A stretch of DNA of 64,000 nt from a bacterium (GCA_043824255.1 JBDRTG010000047.1:192001-256000), one strand, 5' to 3'. Positions 28,024 through 38,687 are shown, counted from the stretch's first letter. Translations and numbers: made by a program. Notes: generated by a model not told the origin, from the letters alone.

Positions 28024-29447
28024 CTTTTCTTTCTAATAAAACGATGGACTATACGAAAAAACAGGACAAATCTTTTGCTCAAAAAACGACTCATCATTAG
28101 CGTAACCAGTGAGTGATAGTTAAGACTGATGATAAGGCTAAAGAGAATTCGAGGCCGGAGATAAAACCTTCTTAATGCCTGCCGCTGCAACTTTTCTATT
28201 ACCTCAGGTGTTAACTCCTCTGAGGCAACAATAGCAGTAGAACAATCGTATTCGTCCCAATCAATCTCAGCAAAGTCGCGATTACCAATCCACTCATCAA
28301 AAGCTATTGAACCCGGATATGGAGTAAATATGTTAAACCAAGCACGGTTGAACGGATTACTAAGAGCAAATTGGATTGTCTCCTCAATCGTTTCCATCGT
28401 ATCACCGGGAAGTCCCAGGATAAAAAAACCGTAAGAGGAAATGCCAGCATTCTTAAAAGCTGAAAGCGCCTTTTTTACCACTCCTAGATCAAGTTGTTTG
28501 TTCACTCTCTTCAGTATCTTCCGACTGCCAGACTCCACCCCCAAGCCTAAAGCATAGCAGCCAGCCTTCCTCATCCCCTCCAGAAGGGAAGTTGTAAGTC
28601 CATCTATCCTGACACCGTTAGGGCACTGCCAAGGAAGGTCAATCCTCTCTTGAATCATGGTATCACACATCTCCTGAGCTCTTTTGACATTCATAGTGAA
28701 ATTATCATCGCAAAAATGAATCTCTCTAACCCCATATCTATTTTTGAGAAGTTTTATTTCTTTGAGAACATTTTTAATACTCCGAAAACGCAGCTTTCTT
28801 CTCCAAGTAACATTGGAAGCACAGAATGAACAGTTGTAGGAACAACCACGACTGGTCAAAATTGGAGCAATGGGAAAAGCGCGAGCCGGCTCAAGAATAG
28901 GGGCAATACGATAGTCTTTCGGCGGCATAAGATGCCATGCAGGAAAAGGAATAGTATCAATATCAGCAATCAATTCCCGTGGTTCTGTTACTATGATTCC
29001 TTTCCTTTTATCCTTATAAGCTAACCCCTTGACTCTCTCAAAATGGCCTTTATCTTTTTCCAGAGCCCTAACTAACTCTAGAATAGTAATCTCTCCTTCA
29101 CCAATAACGGCAAAATCCGCTCCTAAATCTCTTAAAACAATCTCCGGAGCAGCCGTAACCTGGGTTCCCCCAATCACCACCGGCAGACTTCTAAACTGCG
29201 CCTTAATGGTTTTTATCATCTTTTTTGCTCGATTGTGCCCCCTGGTCAATACCGAAACACCAACCAAATCCGGCTTGAAATCCGAAACCACTTTCAGAAA
29301 ATCTTCTTCATCAGCGTTTTTTAATGTTCCGTCAAAAATGGAAACAAGATGATTCTCTTTCTCCAGATAGGAAGCCAAATACCCCAGCCCCAATGGAGGA
29401 TGGACCACATGACTATCATAATTTGGATCCATTAAAAGAATTCTCAT
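28020..29447 (-). CDS. cobalamin-dependent radical SAM protein
   Basis: PPLGLGYLA, GG-x-x-T, GEGE, RGCSYNCSFC, DDNF, GVESG, PYPGS. Confidence 0.9.
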   Translation of the reverse strand: MRILLMDPNYDSHVVHPPLGLGYLASYLEKENHLVSIFDGTLKNADEEDFLKVVSDFKPDLVGVSVLTRGHNRAKKMIKTIKAQFRSLPVVIGGTQVTAAPEIVLRDLGADFAVIGEGEITILELVRALEKDKGHFERVKGLAYKDKRKGIIVTEPRELIADIDTIPFPAWHLMPPKDYRIAPILEPARAFPIAPILTSRGCSYNCSFCASNVTWRRKLRFRSIKNVLKEIKLLKNRYGVREIHFCDDNFTMNVKRAQEMCDTMIQERIDLPWQCPNGVRIDGLTTSLLEGMRKAGCYALGLGVESGSRKILKRVNKQLDLGVVKKALSAFKNAGISSYGFFILGLPGDTMETIEETIQFALSNPFNRAWFNIFTPYPGSIAFDEWIGNRDFAEIDWDEYDCSTAIVASEELTPEVIEKLQRQALRRFYLRPRILFSLIISLNYHSLVTLMMSRFLSKRFVLFFRIVHRFIRKKR

Positions 29448-29467
29448 TAAAACTCCAAAGAAATATT

Positions 29468-31558
29468 CTATTTGGTTATGTTAGTACTGCTAATTGAACC
29501 ATCTTCATAAATGAAGTAAATATTAAAAGTTTTGCCTTCCCAGTTAGAAGGCGGCTCAAAGTAAAGGTCAAAGACACATCCATCCCGCACCACTTTAAGA
29601 GGGGGATTAACTCCATAATGTTGATTGTTCCAGGTTTTGTCTTTCATCTTCACTCTCACAAAACTCACCGGTTTCGGTAACCCTTTAACCCTCATATGTA
29701 AATCTATTACTCCCGATGGCTTATTAGAGATAACATTACCGACAAAATCACTTCCACTTTGACCTAAAAATCGAACTGTAATTGACTCGAAATCAATTTT
29801 TACTAGACCTGGATAAGTAGCCTTTAAACTTCGCAAAACACACCCAGGATTAACCATGGGTTCAAAGGTAACTGTCGTCTCTTCTCCCTTAGTGATAATC
29901 TGGGTAATGGCAGCGAACCTTTTTATGATTTCAAGAGGAATGCTACTTGTCTCTCTTCCCCGTTCTCTCGCTTTCTTAATCCCATCTTTAGACTTGAAAA
30001 TAAGAGCATGATTGAATGACTTAAGAAAATAATAGTTTTGATTGACAAAATTGCAAAAGTTAGTAACCAGAAACATCTCATCAAAAATCTTCTCCGGCTC
30101 GCATCTAATAACAATATAATCTGGAGGATTAGATTTCAGATCCATCATGAGTTGTCTGCGATGCTCGGCAAAGTTTGAAAAGAAACCTTTGAAAGTAGGA
30201 AACATAATCTTTTCTTCAAGCAGGGGATAGTAATAAACATATTTGGTTATTGGCTTTTTATTGGTAAGAAAATAGATGACTGGGGTACTATCCCAGACAA
30301 AAAGCGTTTCTTCAGTTCCCATGGTCTCAGTTAGATACTGTCCGGCATCTATGCGGTCCTCCCAGGTTGGGAGATGGTATTTTTTTAAGTATTCTCTCCT
30401 CTGAAGTTTCCCTTGCAGATATCCAATATAGCCTGGTAAACAGCGCCAGTTAAGTATCAAAGACTGTCCTAGCAGAATCATTATAATCGAGATAATCAGT
30501 CCCTTCCCTAACAAAAAGGCCCAAGTAATTTGTATTTTCTTTGTTTCGAAGATAATATCTGAAGTAAATAAACCAACCAGGATAGAGGCTGGAGGAAGTA
30601 TATGAATAAAATAGTGAGGAAAAAACCAGCCTCCTAATGAGACGCCCAGAGCAGCAAAAATATACCAGAGAATTAAAAAATATCTTTCTAATGAGCGTTT
30701 GAAGAATAGGTTATATAAAATGCTGCCCCATGAAAGCAGCCAAAAAAGGGATATTTTCTTAAAGACATAAGACAAATTTGCTCTGGGCCATCCCGTGATA
30801 TTTTTAATGCGGGAATCACGAATGTAGGAAAAACCCTTTAGGAATGTTATATAATAAAAATCATGGAGTCTTTCAGTGAAGTAAAAATACAAGGTGAATG
30901 ACAATAGAGGAACGGCGAAAGCTGAGATCAAAATTAAGTTTGGCTTGAACATAGACCTAAAAGTTCTTCTTCTAAACTGAGTGAAACCCAATATGAAGTT
31001 GAAGCAAAGGAAACAGAGAAAATCAAAAGCAGCCACTTGCTTAGTCATAAACGATAGTCCTAATAGCAAACCGGAACTGGACAGCAACAAATAATTCCTT
31101 TTCTTTAGGGCAAGGAAGAATAAATAGCAAGCGCCTATAGTAAAGAAGATCATAAAAGGCTCTGTATAAGCTCCATTACCCTGAATGACTATACTCGAAG
31201 AGATTACAGCAAAAACCAGAGCAGAAAGTATGCCAACCTTAGATCCAAACAGAAGTTTAGCCAACTTATATAAAATCAACGTTGAAATTACCCCGATGAT
31301 GGCCGAAAAGATTCGAAGGGCATCAACCGAGTTATTTGAAAGAGCATAAACCATGCTATATATTAAACTTACTCCTGGTGGCTTAATCCCCCAAAAAGTG
31401 GAATAAAACCCATCACCAGAATTGATCTGCATAGCAAAATATGAAAAAAGTCCTTCGTCATAACTTAGTGGTTCGGGAAAGAACGGTGCCCTTAAACAAA
31501 AGCAGAGGAGGCAAATAAATCCTATCAAGATAATCTTCACTAGTTTGTTACAAAGCAT
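29468..31558 (-). CDS. ArnT/PMT-like (GT-C) membrane glycosyltransferase with extra C-terminal domain
   Basis: YDEG after TM1, KPPG, TE, TKQ, FPHYF, multiple TMs, PPDYIV. Confidence 0.8.
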   Translation of the reverse strand: MLCNKLVKIILIGFICLLCFCLRAPFFPEPLSYDEGLFSYFAMQINSGDGFYSTFWGIKPPGVSLIYSMVYALSNNSVDALRIFSAIIGVISTLILYKLAKLLFGSKVGILSALVFAVISSSIVIQGNGAYTEPFMIFFTIGACYLFFLALKKRNYLLLSSSGLLLGLSFMTKQVAAFDFLCFLCFNFILGFTQFRRRTFRSMFKPNLILISAFAVPLLSFTLYFYFTERLHDFYYITFLKGFSYIRDSRIKNITGWPRANLSYVFKKISLFWLLSWGSILYNLFFKRSLERYFLILWYIFAALGVSLGGWFFPHYFIHILPPASILVGLFTSDIIFETKKIQITWAFLLGKGLIISIIMILLGQSLILNWRCLPGYIGYLQGKLQRREYLKKYHLPTWEDRIDAGQYLTETMGTEETLFVWDSTPVIYFLTNKKPITKYVYYYPLLEEKIMFPTFKGFFSNFAEHRRQLMMDLKSNPPDYIVIRCEPEKIFDEMFLVTNFCNFVNQNYYFLKSFNHALIFKSKDGIKKARERGRETSSIPLEIIKRFAAITQIITKGEETTVTFEPMVNPGCVLRSLKATYPGLVKIDFESITVRFLGQSGSDFVGNVISNKPSGVIDLHMRVKGLPKPVSFVRVKMKDKTWNNQHYGVNPPLKVVRDGCVFDLYFEPPSNWEGKTFNIYFIYEDGSISSTNITK

Positions 31559-31579
31559 ATCACCTGTTTTTATTTTTGC

Positions 31580-32581
31580 TCATCTTTGATTACAGTGGAT
31601 AGTGCATACTAAGTATCCAGTTAAAAATCTCATGCGGAGAGTGGTTTTTTCTAGACCAAGATATTTAATTACCCTTGTGAGCCCAGGTATACGAAAGAAA
31701 CCTAACAAGCGTGCCAAAGAAATAACCTGAACATCATTAAATATCTCTTGAATACGAAGTCCATATTTTTGACAATAGTTTATTATTGTCTTCTTTGAAT
31801 AGATAGTCGCCACTGTGGGACGATAGAGATAAAGACGGCTACCAAAAATTCGTGATAACAACCGGTCACAATCACCAAAATTGAAAAAAAAGCAACCTCC
31901 AATCCGAAGATGCTGACGTATATTGTTGAAAACACGAGATGGATTAACTTCATTCGATAAAGTTGCAAAACATGTAATAGCATCAAATTCTTCAGTAAAA
32001 GGCCATTCTTTTTCAAAGTCAGCTTGTTGTATATCAACATTATATTTTCTCCTTCCATAGGCTATCATAGCAGAATTGACATCTATGCCAGAAGCTCTGT
32101 ATCCAGATTCGGAAAGGGTATGGACAAACAGGCCATCTGAGCATCCCAAGTCCAAAATACGGGCATTATCTGGAAGGTATCGATTCATCCACTGTTTACG
32201 AATCTCTGCGTTGCACCTGCGAAGATTTACGTCATCAAGGTATGAATAATAATTAAGCATAATAGAATTTGTTGAACACACATACTTGTGATCCCAATAT
32301 TCCAACGTTCCATAAATATGGTTTCGACTTTCCTGATCAAGTAGTGGATTCTGATAGATTAGACCACACCTTGAGCAACGGACAAAACAAAATTCCTTAG
32401 CGAGAAAATGCACAGAATAGACAGGATGACTCTTTTCATTTCCGCAAAAGTCACATTTTCTCACTACAAACTTCAATTTTGATACATTGAGATGACATAA
32501 TGCCTGTTTATAGGTATCATTCTGATCGCCATAAGAAGAGTAAGGACTCTCTTTTTTATAAGAATTGCTTGATGAATTCAC
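31580..32581 (-). CDS. class I SAM-dependent methyltransferase with Zn ribbon
   Basis: CDFC...CSRC, ILDLGCSDG; start probably GTG 32581 (GTGA overlap), the ORF track gives 32623. Confidence 0.8.
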   Translation of the reverse strand: MNSSSNSYKKESPYSSYGDQNDTYKQALCHLNVSKLKFVVRKCDFCGNEKSHPVYSVHFLAKEFCFVRCSRCGLIYQNPLLDQESRNHIYGTLEYWDHKYVCSTNSIMLNYYSYLDDVNLRRCNAEIRKQWMNRYLPDNARILDLGCSDGLFVHTLSESGYRASGIDVNSAMIAYGRRKYNVDIQQADFEKEWPFTEEFDAITCFATLSNEVNPSRVFNNIRQHLRIGGCFFFNFGDCDRLLSRIFGSRLYLYRPTVATIYSKKTIINYCQKYGLRIQEIFNDVQVISLARLLGFFRIPGLTRVIKYLGLEKTTLRMRFLTGYLVCTIHCNQR

Positions 32582-34287
32582 TTTGGCTCCTTCAACTTTG
32601 TTATATCCATTGAAACTTCCCAACCATTTGCGGTCTTTTTACCCAGAATACCGTCTTTAGGTAGTTGGAAGGGACCATCTAAAAGTTCTTTGAATTTCTT
32701 TCGTTTTTTTAACATATAAAGATGATATCTCTTGTTAAAACGCTTCCTGAACCACCACCAGTAGCTTCTGGCATAGGTTCTCGCATCTTGATCTCGAATG
32801 GCAACCATAAGATCAAGAACGGTAATAAAGACCTTGAACGGTGCCATCCAGAAGATTTTATACATTTTCAATCGGAGCATCAGTCTCTTTGCCCAGGGAG
32901 GTAAAAAGCTCATCAAGCGCAACATAATCCTGTATCCATTTAGCAATCTCAAACGCTTCGGATTGACTACCACTGACCCCATAGACATATAATTATCATG
33001 CAAACCGTTTTTGAGTCGTTGAACTTCCTTCTCATCTAATTCTCCTGCGTTGATACCGTGCTGAATCAAATCAGTACCTGGCATGTATTGTAACATAAAT
33101 GGAGCGATTCGGTAACAATAACGGAGCGTGACAAGAAACTCTGCGAATCCCATAAGTTCTCGCTTGATAGACTCTAAAGTCTCATCTTCTGACAGTGGTT
33201 TGGTAGTACCATCCGGAAGCTGTTTTGGCAGACGTGGAAGGCCCAGAATATAATCATAAGCATAATATTGACCCACCCGTTCCATGATTTCCGTGGCCTT
33301 TAAAATCTGTGCATTTGTATCACCCCGATTGAGAACCTTATTTCGCACCTCTTCATCCCAGCATTCAATACCAGTCTGAATAGCAAAGCACCCTGCCTCT
33401 TTTAAAGCTCGAACAGCCGGTTCACTAATGAGACGAGGATGACTAAAACAACGGAAAGGTAGTCCAATTTCCTTTTTATACTTTGCGAAAAACTCCACTG
33501 TCCACCTTTCGCTTGATGCCATCACAGGCTGTCGGAAGTCAATCCATTTGGATTTGTATTTTTGAATATGATTTTTAATCTCTTCGATCAGTGAATCGAC
33601 TGAGCGTTCTCTTACCCGCTTTCCCTTAAGCCGCCGAGCTTCCTTCCCAAGAAAAGATAAACAGCAGTAGGTACACATAAACGGACATCCTCGCGATGAA
33701 CAGGCAAGATAGGAGTAATGCATTGGTATATGAGGTGCAAACAACTCTTTGTCAATTGTGGGTAGTGCATCAATATCTTCTATGAGTGGACGCATTTCAT
33801 TCTTTATTAGTGTGCCATCCTCAAGGCGGAACCATAGATTTTTAATTGAGTAATCAATCTTCCCTGCATCGATACTGTTGCATAGCTCTAATAGTGGATA
33901 TTCGCCCTCACCGAGACAAATTATGTCTACTGCCGGGTCATCCGGAAGAAGAACCTCCCTAGGTGCAGAATAGGGATGTATCCCACCAAAGATTACAGGG
34001 ACTCTATAGTATTTTTTAAGCTCTGTAGCCAATGCCTGCATCTCCTGATACTGTATCGTTTGTACATGAAAACCAACCAGGTCGGGTTCGAGTTCAATAA
34101 TTCTTTGTAGAACAAGATCCCTCTGGTCTAAAAGCCTGGCTAAGGGCTTAATGCACAAATAGTTTTTGTCATCAAACAACGCCTGCTTATAAACAAGATG
34201 AACCTCATGACCATGCTTTTTAAGCATAGATGAAAGTGCCTGCAATGATATATTTTCCCACCCGATTGCTACAAAAACACATCTCAT
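32578..34287 (-). CDS. cobalamin-dependent radical SAM protein
   Basis: GGIHP, GEGE, RGCPFMCTYC, GIE, PGT. Confidence 0.9.
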   Translation of the reverse strand: MRCVFVAIGWENISLQALSSMLKKHGHEVHLVYKQALFDDKNYLCIKPLARLLDQRDLVLQRIIELEPDLVGFHVQTIQYQEMQALATELKKYYRVPVIFGGIHPYSAPREVLLPDDPAVDIICLGEGEYPLLELCNSIDAGKIDYSIKNLWFRLEDGTLIKNEMRPLIEDIDALPTIDKELFAPHIPMHYSYLACSSRGCPFMCTYCCLSFLGKEARRLKGKRVRERSVDSLIEEIKNHIQKYKSKWIDFRQPVMASSERWTVEFFAKYKKEIGLPFRCFSHPRLISEPAVRALKEAGCFAIQTGIECWDEEVRNKVLNRGDTNAQILKATEIMERVGQYYAYDYILGLPRLPKQLPDGTTKPLSEDETLESIKRELMGFAEFLVTLRYCYRIAPFMLQYMPGTDLIQHGINAGELDEKEVQRLKNGLHDNYMSMGSVVVNPKRLRLLNGYRIMLRLMSFLPPWAKRLMLRLKMYKIFWMAPFKVFITVLDLMVAIRDQDARTYARSYWWWFRKRFNKRYHLYMLKKRKKFKELLDGPFQLPKDGILGKKTANGWEVSMDITKLKEPK

Positions 34288-35009
34288 TAATTATCTTTTT
34301 CTCTTCTTATCTTCCAAAAATATCTCATCATATCCCAAAGAGCTCCCAAAATAACGAAAAAGTTAGAATGGGTTGGTTTACCCCTTACACGCTTTTTCAT
34401 CTTAGAAGGCACTTCTACCATAATCAGCCGATTTCTTCGTGCCTCAATCAGAATCTCAACAAGAAAAAAGAATTTTGTGGCATTGAATTTGATAATACCA
34501 TTCGTAAACAAATTTCTCCGATATACCTGTATCCAGTTTACATCAGATATACCAATATTAAATAATAACGGGACTAAAATTCTATTGTAGAGGAAGGACG
34601 CAAAATAGGCGAACCAAGTGTATCCTACACGCTCGACTCGACAGCCTACTACAATATCACAAATGTCCAACCAAGGAATGTATGTATTTATATCTTCGAT
34701 ATCCATTGGGTTGTCTATTGGGACAAAGATCACAAATTCCTTTGTAGCATGATTAATTCCAGTCTGGAAGGCAGCACCTGTCCCTTGATTTTTTTTGTGG
34801 TGAATAACTTTAACTTCCTCATTGATGTTAGCAATCTCCTCCGATATTTCACCAGTTTTGTCTAAACTATTATCATTGATAATAATCATTTCAAAATCAA
34901 AATTCATAGAGCGAAAAACTTTTAAGGTATGTAATACCGCTTTCCCCAGATTATGTTCTTCGTTGTAAGCAGGCATGATAACAGAAATACTTTTTTGCTT
35001 CTTATCCAT
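34287..35009 (-). CDS. GT2, polyprenol-phosphate glycosyltransferase (DPM1-like)
   Basis: SVIMPAYNEE, INDNSLD, NQGTGAA, DIVVG-R, R-x-x-G; short length typical of DPM1-like enzymes. Confidence 0.85.
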   Translation of the reverse strand: MDKKQKSISVIMPAYNEEHNLGKAVLHTLKVFRSMNFDFEMIIINDNSLDKTGEISEEIANINEEVKVIHHKKNQGTGAAFQTGINHATKEFVIFVPIDNPMDIEDINTYIPWLDICDIVVGCRVERVGYTWFAYFASFLYNRILVPLLFNIGISDVNWIQVYRRNLFTNGIIKFNATKFFFLVEILIEARRNRLIMVEVPSKMKKRVRGKPTHSNFFVILGALWDMMRYFWKIRREKDN

Positions 35010-36108
35010 AAAATTCCTTTATCACCTTCACAACTGAGTCAATCTGCTCATCTGTAATTTCAGGGAACATGGGAAGCGACAGTATTCTATCTGCAAGCAT
35101 TTCCGAGACTGGAAAGTTACCTTTTTTAAACCCCAGAGAGGCAAATGCTTGGTGTAAATGAATAGGAACAGGATAATGAATACCACATTGGATGCCACGC
35201 TCAGTTAAAAAGGCTAAAAGCTCATCCCTACGATCACACTGTATAACAAAGAGATGAAATACATGCCGCAAAATATCATCGTGGTCAAAATTTGGCACCT
35301 TTATACTTTTGAGGTCCTTCAGTGTATCAGCATATCTACAAGCAGCTTGAAAACGGTTTTTATTCCAGTCGTTAAGAAAATTCAATTTTACATTCAGAAC
35401 AGCCGCATGCAGGGAATCTAATCGACTGTTTGTTCCTGTAACCTTATGAATATGTTTCTTAACAGACCCGTAATTACGCAGTAGCCTTAATTGATCCGCA
35501 AGTCTTTGGTCATTAGTAGCCACAAGCCCACCATCACCAAAAGCCCCGAGGTTCTTTGTCGGGTAGAAGCTGAAACATCCAATGACACCAAAACTGCCTA
35601 CGCGTTTTCCTTTCCACATAGCTCCGTGAGCCTGACAAGCATCCTCAATAAGAATAAGATTGTGCTTTTTTACAAAGGATGAAATAGCATCCATATTCAT
35701 GCTCTGTCCGTAAAGATGAACCGGGATAATTGCTTTTGTACGGTCAGTGAGTTGTTTTTCTGCTTTAGCTAAATCCATCAAAAATGATTCTGGGTAGACA
35801 TCGACTGGTACAGGAACCCCACCCAAATTGTAAACCCCAAGTGCTGTAGCAATAAAAGTGTTCGCCGGTACCAATACCTCATCCCCAGGACCAATTTTAA
35901 GAGCGTAACAGCTAAGACGCAAAGCATCTGTACCGCTTGCAACACCCACAGCTTCTTTAACGCCTAAATAGGAAGCAAAATTTTTTTCAAACTGCTTAAC
36001 CTCAGGGCCTAAGATAAATTTGGCGGAAGTACAAACCTTTGAAGTCGCATTTTCCAAGGCTTCGCGATGTAGCAAATATTGCTTTTTTAAATCCACAAAA
36101 GGTATCAT
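35002..36108 (-). CDS. DegT/DnrJ/EryC1/StrS sugar aminotransferase
   Basis: MIPFVDL, SGTDAL, VHLYGQ, EDACQAHG, SFYPTKNLGAFGDGG, NSRLD; start ATG 36108. Confidence 0.95.
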   Translation of the reverse strand: MIPFVDLKKQYLLHREALENATSKVCTSAKFILGPEVKQFEKNFASYLGVKEAVGVASGTDALRLSCYALKIGPGDEVLVPANTFIATALGVYNLGGVPVPVDVYPESFLMDLAKAEKQLTDRTKAIIPVHLYGQSMNMDAISSFVKKHNLILIEDACQAHGAMWKGKRVGSFGVIGCFSFYPTKNLGAFGDGGLVATNDQRLADQLRLLRNYGSVKKHIHKVTGTNSRLDSLHAAVLNVKLNFLNDWNKNRFQAACRYADTLKDLKSIKVPNFDHDDILRHVFHLFVIQCDRRDELLAFLTERGIQCGIHYPVPIHLHQAFASLGFKKGNFPVSEMLADRILSLPMFPEITDEQIDSVVKVIKEFYG

Positions 36109-36635
36109 AAATTTCGTTTTTTTACCTTTCCTCCTCCTCCACCGAGCCATCGCTCCTGAGGAGATAAAGTACGTAAGGCCCGTGCTGGATTGCCTGCAAC
36201 CACAGTGTGAGCTGGCACATCTTTCGTAACCATGCTCCCCGCACCTACAACAGCCCCTTCATTGATTTTTACATCACATAATATAATGGCCCCGCTACCG
36301 ATGCTAGCCCCATAACACACCCTGACCCCTTCAGCCTGCCAGGTTTTCTCTGTCGCCTTTCCAGCCGTCGGATAACGATCATTAATAAAACTCACGTTAT
36401 GCCCCACAAAAACGTCATCTTCAATTACAACATTAGAGCATATAAAAGCGTGAGATTGTATTCGCACGCGTTTTCCTATCCTTACACCTTTTTGTATCTC
36501 CACAAATGGGCCGATTCGGCTATCATCACCTATCTTGCACCCATAAAGATTAGCGTGCCCGTAAACTATAACATTCTCACCAAATTCAACGTCATCTGAG
36601 ATAGTACAAAATTTACCAATTTTTGCGCTTATCAA
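36105..36635 (-). CDS. hexapeptide-repeat sugar N-acyltransferase (WbpD/FdtC-like)
   Basis: Left-handed beta-helix repeats, FINDRYP, VGAGSMVTKDVP...GNPAR. Confidence 0.9.
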   Translation of the reverse strand: MISAKIGKFCTISDDVEFGENVIVYGHANLYGCKIGDDSRIGPFVEIQKGVRIGKRVRIQSHAFICSNVVIEDDVFVGHNVSFINDRYPTAGKATEKTWQAEGVRVCYGASIGSGAIILCDVKINEGAVVGAGSMVTKDVPAHTVVAGNPARALRTLSPQERWLGGGGGKVKKRNL

Positions 36636-37663
36636 CTAACATCCTGTGAAGCTCCACCAGAAAGCATTGAACGGTGGATAGCAACAAGTACCCGGGTTAC
36701 TTCAGCCCCAAAGCGACCATCAGAGATATTCTCTGCATCATCAAGTACTACATTAACGAAAGTATCAACCATCTGTTTGAGGGGCTCGACCATTTCGACT
36801 TTTGGACTAATAATGTCACCATCGCGGAGCAAAAATTGAAACCCACCATAATCGGGTTCAACTCGATCAACAATCCCTATCCCTTTTTCAAAAATACGAA
36901 TGGGCTCTAAATTATTCAGGTCATCAAACTCTGCCCTGGCTTTGCTTCCAATAACCCGTACCACCCGTTCCTTGTTCGAATTAATCCAGCTTACGTGTAT
37001 CTGGCCAACTATTCCACAAGGATAAAAAAGATTTATAAATGCAAAGTCAGACCTATTCAGGCTAATAGGGTTTGCTCCTACTGCTGAGACCCGCTCCGGA
37101 AAAGTGCCAATAAGATAATTCATAATAGAAATGTCGTGTGGAGCTAAGTCCCACACAACACTAATATCCTGACGAATCAACCCTATATGCGTTCTCGTTG
37201 CTGTTAAATAATACAATCTACCCAACCTTTCAGAACCGATCAGCTCTTTGAGTTTTCTAATACCGTTGTTAAAAAGAAAAGTAAACCCTACCATGAGTTT
37301 TAATTTCGATTGCTCAGCGAGTTTGCAAAGATTCTGCCCTTGGCCTATATCCAATGCAAGAGGCTTTTCACCTAAGACATGCTTCTTTGCAATTAGTGAT
37401 TCTCTAATGAGATTATAATGAGTTGAAGCAGGGGTTACAATAACCACCGCATCAATGTCAGGGTTATTAATTAAACGGGATGCTTCAGTAGTAAACTGGC
37501 ATGCTTCAGGAAGCAGATCGCTTACCCGATGAAACGCAGACTTTGAGATATCACATACAGATATAAGCCGTACTCGAGGGTGTCTGGCAAAATTACGAAC
37601 CACATTTGGTCCCCAGTGACCAAGACCTATAACACCTACTGATAGTTTATTATCTAAACCCAT
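36632..37663 (-). CDS. Gfo/Idh/MocA oxidoreductase (NDP-sugar dehydrogenase)
   Basis: GLGHWG, TP...H, EKP, DLAPHD. Confidence 0.9.
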   Translation of the reverse strand: MGLDNKLSVGVIGLGHWGPNVVRNFARHPRVRLISVCDISKSAFHRVSDLLPEACQFTTEASRLINNPDIDAVVIVTPASTHYNLIRESLIAKKHVLGEKPLALDIGQGQNLCKLAEQSKLKLMVGFTFLFNNGIRKLKELIGSERLGRLYYLTATRTHIGLIRQDISVVWDLAPHDISIMNYLIGTFPERVSAVGANPISLNRSDFAFINLFYPCGIVGQIHVSWINSNKERVVRVIGSKARAEFDDLNNLEPIRIFEKGIGIVDRVEPDYGGFQFLLRDGDIISPKVEMVEPLKQMVDTFVNVVLDDAENISDGRFGAEVTRVLVAIHRSMLSGGASQDVS

Positions 37664-37791
37664 TGAATTTCTCCTGATTTTATAGAATTGTTCTTATTTA
37701 AACTAAAAAATCGGTTTAATATATCTTTTCTTCTTTTTCTTATAGCATATACTATATCAAAGACCGGAATAACAATACTAATGTTTGACAT
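37654..37791 (-). pseudogene. 45-codon scar: GT2 N-terminus joined to a gene C-terminus
   Basis: MSNISIVIPVF-DIVYAIRKRRKDILNRFFSLNKNNSIKSGEIQWV*; the stop overlaps the next gene's start. Confidence 0.55.
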
Positions 37792-37823
37792 ATATTGTCT
37801 GCTACTTATTGAGAAAGGACATA

Positions 37824-37988
37824 TTAATAATCCTCCAATTTTCTAAACGCATCTTCATAAATTTTCTTCCAACTCAGTCCAGAGGCAAATTCTAAAGCAT
37901 TCTTTCTGCATTTGCTATGAAATTCGTCGTTGCTAAGTAATTTTACAACAGCATCTAATAATTTCTTTGGTAGTAATTCGTTCATCAT
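37824..37988 (-). pseudogene. 54-codon scar carrying a GT4 C-terminus
   Basis: MMNELLPK-KLLDAVVKLLSNDEFHSKCRKNALEFASGLSWKKIYEDAFRKLEDY*; matches the end of 43079..44233 (CRRNALEFASKLSWKKIYDHAFK). Confidence 0.8.
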
Positions 37989-38375
37989 CTACACAAACCC
38001 CCTGACCTTTTCCATAACCTTTTCTAAAATCCACCACTCTACAGGAAACTTAAAATATTTCCTCCGCCATCGCCACTTGGCTAAAATGGCGAATATATAG
38101 TAACTGATATTATAAGGAAATCGTCCAAAACGTCCTCCAGCAATTACTATCTTCACATCTTTCAGTTTAAATTCCCTTTGATAAAATGGAAAATGAGTCA
38201 ATATGGATATGATCTTGTATTTGTTGATATAGCTTTTAGGTTGCCAAGTAGCCCCCACATTTCTATATATTCCAAAATTGGCCCAGGCCTCTAATGAATC
38301 CTGTACTCGATAGTTGTATTTTGCCTTTACCAGATCGAAAAGAGGAATTATTATCGAATAGTTCACTGTTTCCAT
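37989..38375 (-). pseudogene. chimeric scar: GT2 start fused to a B12-radical SAM-like C-terminus
   Basis: METVNYSIIIP (GT2 first strand) followed by LFDLVKAKYNY...SLEAW...LAKWRWRRKYFKFPVE; neither catalytic core is present. Confidence 0.6.
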
Positions 38376-38407
38376 TTTATCCTTCTTTTGTATTCTAACT
38401 TAATCCA

Positions 38408-38687
38408 TTATGATTTATCGAAATTTTTTATTATAGCTACATTATAAGTCAAAAAAGGATGAAACACAGGAGTTTTTTCCAATAAAGACTCCATTAAATG
38501 CAAAAAGCATATTATACCGGCATGTGACACCGGATATACCCTGGTTTCAATTCGCCCGATTTTCGCGTTACTAAAGTGATTTTTGATTAGTTTCATAAAA
38601 AACCCTCTGGTAAAATGTTCGTGACTGAGCATCAAAATATCTCTCCTGAAAGTCGTGCTGTTTTTTAGCTTCGGTGTTTTTTGTCAT
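38408..38687 (-). pseudogene. internally deleted, frameshifted methyltransferase remnant
   Basis: ATG 38687 (TAATG-coupled) gives MTKNTEAKKQHDFQERYFD; another frame gives MLSHEHFTR...RVY...FLTYNVAIIK, matching the C-terminus of 40203..40817. Confidence 0.75.
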
